From Verrucomicrobiota bacterium (GTDB lineage Bacteria; Verrucomicrobiota; Verrucomicrobiia; Chthoniobacterales; UBA10450), in contig QHPE01000150.1 of the NCBI GenBank assembly GCA_003218945.1, positions 665 through 64,664 on the forward strand: 64,000 nucleotides of DNA, given 5' to 3'. A program made the translations under genes and the position numbers. The notes under the pieces are model-generated. The model was not told the origin of the DNA. It saw only the letters and a list, made by a program, of their open reading frames with translations, and made no database searches. This document shows, piece by piece, positions 46,592 through 55,192 of this stretch (position 1 is the stretch's first letter; each line of letters opens with the position of its first letter).

Positions 46592-47041
46592 CTACGGGCC
46601 ATAGCTTTTGCTGAATTTCTTTCGCGATTCTGGCTCGGGCTCGCTCGAGGTAATTGGTGGCGATTGCTGTGCGGCGTCTTGGGGCGGTTGTTCCATCGGT
46701 TGTGACGGGGTGGCCTGAGGCGATCCGGGATGTGCGGCGGTGTCTGTGCCGGCCGGGCCCGCCGTACCAGAGGCTTCGACAAACGCCATCTGTAAATTGG
46801 ACAGGGTATTGCGCAACACCATTGTTTCTTCGTTCGTCAGGTTGCCGCGCGTTTTTTCCTGAATCATCTCGAGTTGATCGATAAACATCCGCGCGAGGTC
46901 CAAATTGATTTCGGGTTGGCCGGTTTTTGGATTTGGAATCTGGCCAAGAAAAAGCGCGGCATTTTGCGCATGCATCATCACGAACTCGATGAAGCGCTGG
47001 GTCATCTCGCCAGTCTGGACGGTTTTTTGGACTTCAGGCAT
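46592..47041 (-). CDS. DUF1844 domain protein
   Basis: FIEFVMMHAQNAALFLGQIPNPKTGQPEINLDLARMFIDQLEMIQEKTRGNL matches the DUF1844 core as I recall it. A Pro/Gln-rich tail follows. Confidence 0.7.
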   Translation of the reverse strand: MPEVQKTVQTGEMTQRFIEFVMMHAQNAALFLGQIPNPKTGQPEINLDLARMFIDQLEMIQEKTRGNLTNEETMVLRNTLSNLQMAFVEASGTAGPAGTDTAAHPGSPQATPSQPMEQPPQDAAQQSPPITSSEPEPESRKKFSKSYGP

Positions 47042-47094
47042 ACGGTAGAGTGATGATTGATGAGTTCACCCAGCATATCATGAACCGAGCGCCT

Positions 47095-47136
47095 CGTCAC
47101 TCATCACTCGTCACTTGTCACTTCTTCTTAGTCACT
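47095..47136. repeat. Six consecutive NNTCACT-type heptamers between the M16 peptidase and DUF1844 genes
   Basis: The units read cgtcact catcact cgtcact tgtcact tcttctt agtcact. The upstream sequence GTGATGATTGATGAG (47050-47064) is their imperfect reverse complement. Confidence 0.7.
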
Positions 47137-49756
47137 TTTTCTCAGGCGGCCGTACGGTGGCCAGAACGTACGGTTGATCGCGAAAATATTTCGCGGCCAC
47201 CTTCTTGACATCGTCGAGGGTCACCGCGTTTACATGGTATTCGAGCTGCTTGTAATAATTAAACCCAAGACCATAGAGCTCGTCGAGCGCGCAATGGTAA
47301 CCGAACGCGTCGTTGCTTTGATTGGCGATCTCCTGTTGTCCGATCAATTTCTTCTTCGCACGCTGTAATTCCTCGGGCGTGAGACCGTCATTCGCTAGGT
47401 TGTGAATTTCGTCGAGCAACTCGGTTCTCACCCGTTCGAGCTTCTGCGGATCAGTGCCGAGATAAAATGCGAACAGCCCCGGCACCAGGCCTTGCATTTG
47501 ACTCGCTCCCACGTAATAGGCGAGGCCCATTTGCTGGCGAATGCGAATGAAGAAACGGGATCCGAGATCGCTGCTTGCTTCATCGATCAATTCCAGCGCG
47601 TACCGGTCGGGGCTGGACAGGCTCGCGCCGCGAAAACCGACCATGATCACGCCCTGCGCCTTGTCCTTGCGGCTCTCCACCATCGTCGTTTTCGCCAGTG
47701 GCATGGACGCCTTTGCGTCAATTAAAGTGAGAGCGCCGGCTTTCATGTTGCCGAGGGCTTGCTCCACGAGTTGCTTTATTTCGTCCGCTTTAACGTCACC
47801 AAAGACATAGATCACGCCGTTCCTTGCGACCACGTAACGATCACGAAAATCGAGTAAATCCTTTTGAGTCAGGTGCTGGACGGCGCCGACAGAACCGTTC
47901 GAACGCAAAGCATACGGGTGCTGCGGAAACAAGGCTTCTCGCATGATGTTACGCGCGACGCTCGTGAGTTGTTCTTCCTCTTGCTGGATGGCTGCTATCT
48001 GAATTTCCTTTTCGCGCGCAATCGCTTTTTCAGGGAACGTGGAGTTGAGTAAGACGTCCGAAAGCAGACTGAAGCCGCGTTTCACGTCCGGCTTCATGAC
48101 GTCGACCGACACGCTGAAGCTGTTATTTCCGGCCTCGCTGGAAATTGAGGCGCCCACGGATTCAAGCTCGTTGGCGATCTGCTCGGCGGTGCGCGTCTTG
48201 GTTCCCTTCAAAAGCACTTTCGTCATCAAACGCGTGATGCCGTTGTCCTGCGGAGTTTCAGCCAGCAAGCCACCACGAAAAACCGCGCCCATTCCCACGA
48301 GCGGCAATCGATGATCTTCCCGCACCAGCAATCGCAATCCATTCGAAAGTTCGAATTTTTGAATCTCACCAGCGGCAACCGGTTTGACCAGCTCAGCTTT
48401 GCCGCTAAGCGAGCCCTTTGGATTCAACGAGACGACCGTCAGATTATTCTCGGTCAGATAAGTTTTGGCGACACCCTTCACGTCATCGAGCGTCACTTGC
48501 TGGACCGCATCCAGGTAATGGCGACTGAAGTTGAGATCCCGCGTGAGTAACCAATTCGAGCCGATATCCGATGCCTGACCGCGCATCGTAGTCAGCGCGC
48601 CGAGATGCTGACTCAGCGTGATCTTCTTCGCTTTGTCCAATTCGTCTGCGGTTACGCCGCTTTGTTTTACTTCGTCAACGATTTGCAGTGCCAATTGTTC
48701 CGCGGCTTCGCGTTTCTTCGGGTCAAGTGTGGCATCGATGCCAAAAAGGCCCGGATCGCCCGGCGTGTAGGAAAATGCTGATATGCCAAACGCGAGGCCA
48801 GCTTCTTCGCGCACGCGCTGGTAAAGCCGCGAGCTGCGGCCATCGCCAACAATCGTCGAGAGCAGATCAAGCGCGGGAACATCCGGACTCGTTACCTCTG
48901 GAATGTGCCACGCCATCGAGAAATGAGTTAACTCGGTCGCAAATTCCTTGTGCACTTCGCGACGGCCAAGTTGCGGCGGTTCGGACGGAATGAATACCGG
49001 CTTGAGCGATTTCTCCGGATAGGCATTGAACAAGTCGCTCAGCTGTTGCTGCACCTTTTCTCCATTGACGTCGCCGACAACAACGAAGGTGAGATTATTC
49101 GGCACGTACCGAGTTTTGTAATATTGCATCACCTGCTCCTGCGTAAGCTGGTTGTAAATCTCCAGTTCGCCGATGACCGGAAACCGGTACGGGTGCCGTT
49201 GATAAGCCGTTGCAAAAAGCAGCAGGCTGGCCATGCGATCGGGATCGTCCATGCCCATCGCGAATTCGCGCCGGATGACCTCCTGTTCTTTTTTGTACTC
49301 GTCTGGTGGGAGGTTGGAATTCATCATCGCGTCGGTCAAAACCTCGAGCGCTGTACTGACGCCATCTTTTGGGACGTCGATCCAAAAAACCGTTCGATCG
49401 AACGAAGTGTAGGCGTTGATGTATCCGCCAACGTCCTGAATGCTTTGAGCAATCTGATTGGCAGACCGCGTTTTGGTCCCCTTGAAAAGCATGTGCTCGA
49501 GAATGTGGGATAACCCCGCGCCGAGGTGCTGGTCTTCATCGACGCTTCCCGTGGAGCACCACGCCTGCACACTCGCTACCGGCGCGCTGTGATCCTCCTG
49601 AACGATGATAGTCAGACCGTTGGGCAAAATCCATTTTTGCGCCGTGCTCGGCGGAAACGCGATCATGGGCAACGGTTCAGGCGGCGCAGCCTTCAAATTA
49701 GCCATGGCGAACAATAGAGCGGATGCGACAAGTTTCGATACTTGGATGCGATGCAT
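47132..49756 (-). CDS. Secreted tandem M16 (pitrilysin/insulinase family) zinc peptidase
   Basis: It has a signal peptide and the inverted zinc motif HILEHMLFKGT in the first half. The second half is M16-like but lacks the motif. The product is 874 aa. Confidence 0.88.
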   Translation of the reverse strand: MHRIQVSKLVASALLFAMANLKAAPPEPLPMIAFPPSTAQKWILPNGLTIIVQEDHSAPVASVQAWCSTGSVDEDQHLGAGLSHILEHMLFKGTKTRSANQIAQSIQDVGGYINAYTSFDRTVFWIDVPKDGVSTALEVLTDAMMNSNLPPDEYKKEQEVIRREFAMGMDDPDRMASLLLFATAYQRHPYRFPVIGELEIYNQLTQEQVMQYYKTRYVPNNLTFVVVGDVNGEKVQQQLSDLFNAYPEKSLKPVFIPSEPPQLGRREVHKEFATELTHFSMAWHIPEVTSPDVPALDLLSTIVGDGRSSRLYQRVREEAGLAFGISAFSYTPGDPGLFGIDATLDPKKREAAEQLALQIVDEVKQSGVTADELDKAKKITLSQHLGALTTMRGQASDIGSNWLLTRDLNFSRHYLDAVQQVTLDDVKGVAKTYLTENNLTVVSLNPKGSLSGKAELVKPVAAGEIQKFELSNGLRLLVREDHRLPLVGMGAVFRGGLLAETPQDNGITRLMTKVLLKGTKTRTAEQIANELESVGASISSEAGNNSFSVSVDVMKPDVKRGFSLLSDVLLNSTFPEKAIAREKEIQIAAIQQEEEQLTSVARNIMREALFPQHPYALRSNGSVGAVQHLTQKDLLDFRDRYVVARNGVIYVFGDVKADEIKQLVEQALGNMKAGALTLIDAKASMPLAKTTMVESRKDKAQGVIMVGFRGASLSSPDRYALELIDEASSDLGSRFFIRIRQQMGLAYYVGASQMQGLVPGLFAFYLGTDPQKLERVRTELLDEIHNLANDGLTPEELQRAKKKLIGQQEIANQSNDAFGYHCALDELYGLGFNYYKQLEYHVNAVTLDDVKKVAAKYFRDQPYVLATVRPPEKK

Positions 49757-49866
49757 TACTGAAACATTTAAACTGGAGAGCGTTACTAAAGCTCAGTAAT
49801 CGGTGGTCAGATAGCTGATGAGCGACAGCCAAAGCGAAATTTTCGTTCAATTCACCCTGGCAGAAT

Positions 49867-50316
49867 TCAATTGGTCGACGTGGCGGGTCTAGCCGCGGAC
49901 AATTGGGCCGGCGGTTTATCCGGTTCCTGCTTTGCAGGTGCAAACGGCTGCACGAACGCCTGCTGGAAATCGTAAACGTTCTTGAAATCTTCGATCGAAT
50001 CCTCGTCGGTTTTTCCGAAAACGCCGGCGCCGATCAGATTAAAAACCATGTGTCCGATATCTTCGCAGGAATGAATACCCCAGCTATCGAACACTGTCAT
50101 TACCATCGGGCCAAACTCCTTCAACGCGTACTGACGGACGCCGTCGAGCAATTCCGGCCCGGTCACATGACGCACGCTGACGCCCTTGATCTTCTTTTGT
50201 TGCTTGGTTGTGAAGTCGAGCGCGTCGCGCAAAAAGATGTAGCCGTCCCGGTGATAACGCGGGTCATTGGTGATAACCGCCTCGAGCGCTTCGGCGAATC
50301 CAATCTTTTGCATCAA
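49867..50316 (-). CDS. Conserved hypothetical protein, resembling the Planctomycetes/Verrucomicrobia-restricted Minf_1886-type family
   Basis: The product reads DPRYHRDGYIFLRDALDFT...RHVTGPELLDGVRQYALKEFGPMVMTVFDSWGIHSCEDIGHMVFNLIGAGVFGKT. The family call is from memory and is not verified. Confidence 0.6.
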   Translation of the reverse strand: MMQKIGFAEALEAVITNDPRYHRDGYIFLRDALDFTTKQQKKIKGVSVRHVTGPELLDGVRQYALKEFGPMVMTVFDSWGIHSCEDIGHMVFNLIGAGVFGKTDEDSIEDFKNVYDFQQAFVQPFAPAKQEPDKPPAQLSAARPATSTN

Positions 50317-50477
50317 CAGAAAACGTGCCTTTCAACACGACTGCTTAAGATAATCGGCAATGCTAAACCGGCAACTGCGAGCGACTCAAACCCGAAATCG
50401 TAGATTTTGCGTCGTCGCAGCGGTTCTGCCACTAAGGACAGCTTCGTAGACCACGATTCCTCGATTGATCTAGCGAC

Positions 50478-51758
50478 CTAGTTGTCAAACTGATCCGCCA
50501 CGACATCCACGTAGAGGGAGAGTGGATCGCGCCGCCTTGGCGGTTGGAGCTGCGACTGATCCACCGCTTTGAGGTAGCCAGTGAAGTTGCCGCTGACACT
50601 TTTCATTTGGGTGGCTTCGAACCAATTCATGTAATCATCAATTTCCCTCATCCGTGAGACCAGTCGTTGACAAGTGGCCTCGAGCCGCAGCAGACGCTTG
50701 GCCATGCCCCGTCGTTTTCCGCGAGAAAGGAGTCCTGCGATAGCCTCGTATTCACGCGCGATCGGACGCAAAACCGGATTGGCCTGGGGAACAAAGAACA
50801 GTAAATCGCGCCTCAACTGTTCCAAGGCCATCTTCTCACCGGCAGAAAGTTTATGTTGCGTGAATTCGTCGAGGCTTACTGTTTTCATCGGCTTGTTCAG
50901 TTCCGAGATTTTCAAGCTCAACAATTCGTCAAGGTGCCGCTCACTTTCAGCGAAGGTGAGTAACGAAAATGTCTGAGCGCTCTTCAATTGCTTCAAGGCG
51001 AGTTGCCAGGTCCGCTCTGCGTCGTCCGCCAGGAGCCCAAACTGCGCCTCCAAGTCCGCCAACGGGTCATTTGAAGACGCGGATAGATGATCAATGTATT
51101 GCGTCAATCGGGCAGCGCCATCCTTTTCACTGAGTAACATTTGCACAAGCGCAAACGAATAAGCGCGATAAAGCGTGCGGCCCGAAGAGTCGAAAATGCT
51201 CGGGCGCTGGTGAAGAAATTTCTTCAGTGCCAGAGGTGTGCCCGTGTTGGCAAGTGCTTCGACCAGCGGCCCGGGGTCGCGCCCCGGCGCAAGCGCGAGG
51301 ACGCCGTCAATCAACCAATCGGGTGGCTCAACCAGCACTGCGCCCGCACTGATGTTCGTTTGTTTTCGGTACATCATTTCGAGCAAAACCGCGCGGACCA
51401 GTTCACGTTCGACAACCGAAACGTCGAGGTTCTTGGAGATGGTGAGGTCCAGCTGAAGCTTGATACCAAAGCCCGTCTGACTGAACCGCAGGTCAGCTGG
51501 CGGAACCTCGGGAAGATTTGCCTGTTGCGACTGCAAGTTCACCACCACGGGCGTCTTCCAGTCATCGCGCTGCCGGAGCAGGGCAAGAAGATTGGCTTTC
51601 GTCTGCTCTGCAAGGCTGGAGACGGCTCCGCGGATCTTCGGGTCAGCGCCGTAAATCACGAATTGGCGCGAGGGACTTGTGCTGCGTTCCGACTGTGCCG
51701 CGTAATCGCCTTGCAAGCTGATACCGACAAATAGAACTATCGCGACCCGCTTCATCAT
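50478..51758 (-). CDS. Secreted hypothetical protein (about 425 aa), no recognisable domain
   Basis: The signal peptide is MMKRVAIVLFVGISLQGDYAAQ. The ORF is long with unbiased composition and I could not identify a motif. Confidence 0.65.
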   Translation of the reverse strand: MMKRVAIVLFVGISLQGDYAAQSERSTSPSRQFVIYGADPKIRGAVSSLAEQTKANLLALLRQRDDWKTPVVVNLQSQQANLPEVPPADLRFSQTGFGIKLQLDLTISKNLDVSVVERELVRAVLLEMMYRKQTNISAGAVLVEPPDWLIDGVLALAPGRDPGPLVEALANTGTPLALKKFLHQRPSIFDSSGRTLYRAYSFALVQMLLSEKDGAARLTQYIDHLSASSNDPLADLEAQFGLLADDAERTWQLALKQLKSAQTFSLLTFAESERHLDELLSLKISELNKPMKTVSLDEFTQHKLSAGEKMALEQLRRDLLFFVPQANPVLRPIAREYEAIAGLLSRGKRRGMAKRLLRLEATCQRLVSRMREIDDYMNWFEATQMKSVSGNFTGYLKAVDQSQLQPPRRRDPLSLYVDVVADQFDN

Positions 51759-51997
51759 TGTTGCTCCGTGCATGATACTGGGAATGGGCGTGCGCTGACC
51801 AGAAGCAAATCTATGCGGAGAATGCTGGTGATCACCACTCTTACCAGCTGGTTCACAACGCGTCCGCCAGGCCCTGCCACTACGAATCAGAGGTACGGCG
51901 AGTCCTAAGATCGAAGTCGGCCAGGCGTTCCCGTCGCGGCCTGCGAATACTTGGGGCAGCGCTTTGTGAAATCGGAATAGAAAGGCAGGACAATATC

Positions 51998-52678
51998 ATG
52001 AAAACCAAAGGTTCAATCTTCATAAGCTGCCTGGCTGCAGGCGCATTGATGGCCTCGCCTGCGCTGGGAAAACCTGAAAAGAAATCGGGAGATGCGTCCA
52101 CGTCGAAGCCAAAACGCATGGCTCCGCACACGACCCAGGTGACGCCGAGCTATCGCTATCATCAAAATCGGATGAGCTCGCGCACGGCCAACACCCGTTA
52201 CTACGCTGCGCCGCGCTACAATGGCACGCGCTCTTACGCCAGCCGCCAATACAGCGGCACACGTTACTATGGCGCGACACCTTACTACGGCGGTAAGGCT
52301 TATTACGGTGGTACCGGCTACTATTATGGCGGCGGATCGGCTTACCCGTATTACAGCTACTACTCAGGCTGGCCGTACTCCAATTGGGGTTACGGAACAT
52401 CCTGGGGATATTACCCATACTCGTATTCGGGCGGTTATCCGTACAGCTACTACAACAACAACTCCTACTCGTACTACACACCAACTTACGGCTATAACGT
52501 ATCGCTGGTTGCCGCCGTCCAGAAGCGCCTTGGCCAACTTGGTTATTATCATGGCGGGGTCGATGGAGCTATGGGACCGCGAACGCGATCGGCCATCGCA
52601 GCTTTTGAGAGCAGGCATGGCCTGACCGTGGACGGGAGGATTAGCCGGCCGCTGCTCGGCACATTGGGGCTAGGCTAA
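51998..52678 (+). CDS. Secreted Tyr/Gly-rich low-complexity protein with a C-terminal peptidoglycan-binding domain
   Basis: The signal peptide is SIFISCLAAGALMASPALG. A roughly 130-aa Tyr-dominated region follows (YYGGKAYYGGTGYYYGGGSAYPYYSYYSGWPYSNWGYG...). The C-terminus is VAAVQKRLGQLGYYHGGVDGAMGPRTRSAIAAFESRHGLTVDGRISRPLLGTL. Confidence 0.75.
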   Translation: MKTKGSIFISCLAAGALMASPALGKPEKKSGDASTSKPKRMAPHTTQVTPSYRYHQNRMSSRTANTRYYAAPRYNGTRSYASRQYSGTRYYGATPYYGGKAYYGGTGYYYGGGSAYPYYSYYSGWPYSNWGYGTSWGYYPYSYSGGYPYSYYNNNSYSYYTPTYGYNVSLVAAVQKRLGQLGYYHGGVDGAMGPRTRSAIAAFESRHGLTVDGRISRPLLGTLGLG

Positions 52679-52711
52679 TTGGAACGAACCGTCAGCTCCG
52701 GTCAAATCGGT

Positions 52712-52757
52712 GCCCGGCGGCGTCGCGGCGCGAGCCGCGAGCCGCCGGCTTCATTTT
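52712..52757 (+). terminator. GC-rich hairpin plus T tract after the first low-complexity/PG-binding gene
   Basis: The stem is CCGGCGGC-(19 nt)-GCCGCCGG, followed by CTTCATTTT. It shares GCGAGCCGCCGG with the terminator at 53491. Confidence 0.6.
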
Positions 52758-52834
52758 AATTCTTTTGCAACCGTAAATAAAGTGAGACTTTGCGCCTCGC
52801 GCGGTGTCTAATGATGTAGAAAAATCGACCTATT

Positions 52835-53431
52835 ATGAATTATTCAAAACTTTTCCTTTTCTTGAGTTGCCTTTTTGCGGCCATACTGACTGCTCCAATT
52901 CTCACAGCTGCTCCACGCGGTGGAGGTGGCTTCAGTGGCGGCCGCCCTGGCTTCAGTGGGGGCCGCCCTGGCTTCAGTAGTAATCAATTCGCTGGGCGCG
53001 GCGCGATGGGCAACCGGCACGCGGGTAACTTTAACGGTCACAATCATTTTCACAATGGCCACCCTAATCATGTTCACAATCGTGTCGTCTTCATCGGAGG
53101 CTTCGGCTTCCCATGGTGGTGGGGTTGGGGCTGGGGTTGGGGTCCGTGGTGGGGCTGGGACGGCTACCCCTACGGCTACGGCTATGGTTATGGCTACGGC
53201 GCGTACGGGTACAGCAATGGCTATGGTCAAAATGGCTATGGTCAAGGTGGCTATGGTCAAGATCAAAATGGCTATGGTCAGTATGGCGAGGCCAGCCAAT
53301 CCAGAGTTGCCGAATTACAGCGCCGACTGCAACGCGCTGGTTATTACCACGGATCGATCGACGGAGTCTTGGGGCCACAAACCCGGAGCGCAATCCGGGC
53401 ATACGAACAGAACCACGGCGACGTGAGTTAA
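52835..53431 (+). CDS. Secreted Gly/His/Trp/Tyr-rich low-complexity protein with a truncated C-terminal peptidoglycan-binding domain
   Basis: After a signal peptide come GGFSGGRPGFSGGRPGFS, GHNHFHNGHPNHVHN, FIGGFGFPWWWGWGWGWGPWWGWDGYPYGYGYGYGYG and (NGYGQ)n. The C-terminus is RVAELQRRLQRAGYYHGSIDGVLGPQTRSAIRAYEQNHGDVS followed by a stop. Confidence 0.75.
   Translation: MNYSKLFLFLSCLFAAILTAPILTAAPRGGGGFSGGRPGFSGGRPGFSSNQFAGRGAMGNRHAGNFNGHNHFHNGHPNHVHNRVVFIGGFGFPWWWGWGWGWGPWWGWDGYPYGYGYGYGYGAYGYSNGYGQNGYGQGGYGQDQNGYGQYGEASQSRVAELQRRLQRAGYYHGSIDGVLGPQTRSAIRAYEQNHGDVS
53216..53281 (+). repeat. In-frame 15-nt tandem repeat (AATGGCTATGGTCAA, encoding NGYGQ), about 4 units
   Basis: Read directly. 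Further in-frame repeats lie at 52928-52980 (21-nt unit, GFSGGRP) and 53113-53157 (TGG/GGN run). Confidence 0.85.
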
Positions 53432-53490
53432 GTTGGATACTTCCAGCCGAGCTGGATTGACCAACAGCTGTAATCGTCTTTCGGTTGATT

Positions 53491-53540
53491 GACCGGCGGT
53501 GGTCGCAGGGGGAATGGGAGCGAGCCGCCGGTCGCCTTTT
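53491..53540 (+). terminator. GC-rich hairpin plus T tract after the second low-complexity/PG-binding gene
   Basis: The stem is GACCGGCGG-(25 nt)-CCGCCGGTC, followed by GCCTTTTCC. Confidence 0.6.
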
Positions 53541-53697
53541 CCAATGGGTCGGTCAGAAAGAGTGTATGTCGGCAGTTCCTGTCCTCGCAACCGCGAATTT
53601 TTTCCGCTTCGAGTTCTGAAGCTCCAAGGTCATTTTGCTAGGATTTGCCGGTCGAACCCAGTAATTCAAAAGTAATCAAAGGAAAAGAAGGACCTTT

Positions 53698-54103
53698 ATG
53701 CTAGGCGAGAAGATTGGCGAAATATCAGGCAAAATCATTATGCAGCGCGTCTTGCCGAACCTTGGCGGAGATCCAAAGATAGAAACCTCGTTCCAGGCAA
53801 CTGGATCTGTGCTGGACACAAATGTAAGCGATACGGGCACCTATTGGACCGTTCTCCGTACAGACGGGACCCAATACGGCGAAGACCAGGGTGTGATGAT
53901 AATCAGGGACGGCGAAATGGCGACATGGACGGGCCATGGTGTCGGCGTAAGGAACAAAGACGGGACCGCGACTTATCCGCGGCGCGCTTTATTTCCAAAC
54001 CATGCCCCCACGATGGTCACGTCTTAACAGAGTGGCGGTGCTATTCGAATACGCAGTAGACGCAGAGGGCAATACACACTCCGAATACTGGGAATGGAAG
54101 TAG
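53698..54103 (+). pseudogene. Conserved-looking small protein interrupted by a +1 frameshift near 53977
   Basis: Frame 1 reads MLGEKIGEISGKII...MATWTGHGVGVRNKDGTATY and then degenerates (PRRALFPNHAPTMVTS stop). The next frame, open from 53951, reads RGALYFQTMPPRWSRLNRVAVLFEYAVDAEGNTHSEYWEWK with a stop at 54101-54103. Confidence 0.6.
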
Positions 54104-54320
54104 CCCCTTGGCGACCGGCGCGAAAATTTGGCCGGTGCACCGTCGCACGCTGCTGCGTCGACAGATTCAGATTCATGATCTGATCAAATACTCGTGACAA
54201 ATCCCGAAGCGAATGTTGGCGATGCTTATAGCACGCCGATTGAGACCTCCTTTGCATGGACGAGAACGCTAATGGCAATCGACGTTGCCCTGGAGGCGTG
54301 TGCAAGGTAAAGGCCTAACA

Positions 54321-55025
54321 ATGTGGTCCCGAAACAAACAGAGATCTCTCCACCGCGCTCGGCTGACAACAAGACTATTCGACGCACTTGACGCTTACCA
54401 CGACGCGACCCCGCATTCGGCGGCCGTGAACATGGCCATCGATGAAGCGCTGCTGGAGTCGGCAACGGTTCCATCCATCCGCTTCTATCGCTGGCGATCC
54501 CCTTCTCTGTCATTTGGCTATTTCGGGAAATTTGCCGACGTAGCGATTTACGCCAGCGAGCGCGACCTCGTCCGGCGTTGGACCGGCGGTGGCATCGTTC
54601 TGCACGGAGAGGATCTCACCTATGCAATTGTAATTCCGGCACGCGATCAGGCGTTCGCTGAATCATCGATCGTCACCTACGAAACCATTCATCGCGCTTT
54701 ATGCGCAGCGCTAAACGGGATTGGTGATGTGAAGCAGGCAACCGTCAGCGCAAGCGCCGACCATTGTTTCGCGAACCCCGTTCGTGCCGACGTAATGGTC
54801 AATGGCCGCAAGGTTGCAGGTGCAGCGCAACGCCGGACCCGCCACGGAGTGTTACAGCAGGGCAGTATTCAAAGCATCAAGATCGACAAAGACCTAGCCC
54901 AAAGATTTGCCGGAACTCTATCGGCTGATTGCCAACGGCGCGAGATCACTGAAATGCTTTTGCAGCGGGCGCGCGAATTAGCTCGGCAAAAGTACGGAGC
55001 TGATTCCTGGCTCCGTAGAATGTAG
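54321..55025 (+). CDS. Lipoate-protein ligase / octanoyltransferase family protein (BPL_LplA_LipB domain only)
   Basis: Motifs include NMAIDEALLE, IRFYRWRSPSLSFGYF, RRWTGGGIVLHGEDLTYAIV and NGRKVAGAAQRRTRHGVLQQGSI. Confidence 0.8.
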   Translation: MWSRNKQRSLHRARLTTRLFDALDAYHDATPHSAAVNMAIDEALLESATVPSIRFYRWRSPSLSFGYFGKFADVAIYASERDLVRRWTGGGIVLHGEDLTYAIVIPARDQAFAESSIVTYETIHRALCAALNGIGDVKQATVSASADHCFANPVRADVMVNGRKVAGAAQRRTRHGVLQQGSIQSIKIDKDLAQRFAGTLSADCQRREITEMLLQRARELARQKYGADSWLRRM

Positions 55026-55192
55026 CGCCGGCATTCGGTCACAAAGTTGCGCAGAAAGCGAGCTCCAAGCTTGCTCTACTATTGTCGCCCCGTTATTCTC
55101 GCCTGGTGGAACTCTTCGCCCGCACGCAATCCAGCGCGAAACGCAGCGCGATTGCGAGCGCGGGCGGCTCACCGGCGTTTTCGCTCGCTGAA

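Noticed and set aside
53113-53290. Tandem DNA repeats that might suggest a CRISPR array or satellite
   Set aside because: The units are 15-21 nt with no spacers, and they are in frame within a coding sequence (NGYGQ, GYGY, WG runs). This is not a CRISPR array.
52013-53460. Numerous overlapping ORFs on both strands across the two low-complexity genes (for example 52020-52484, 52844-53299, 52920-53426)
   Set aside because: Codon-repeat DNA stays open in several frames. Only the + strand frames listed as features combine a signal peptide, a PG-binding module and a downstream terminator.
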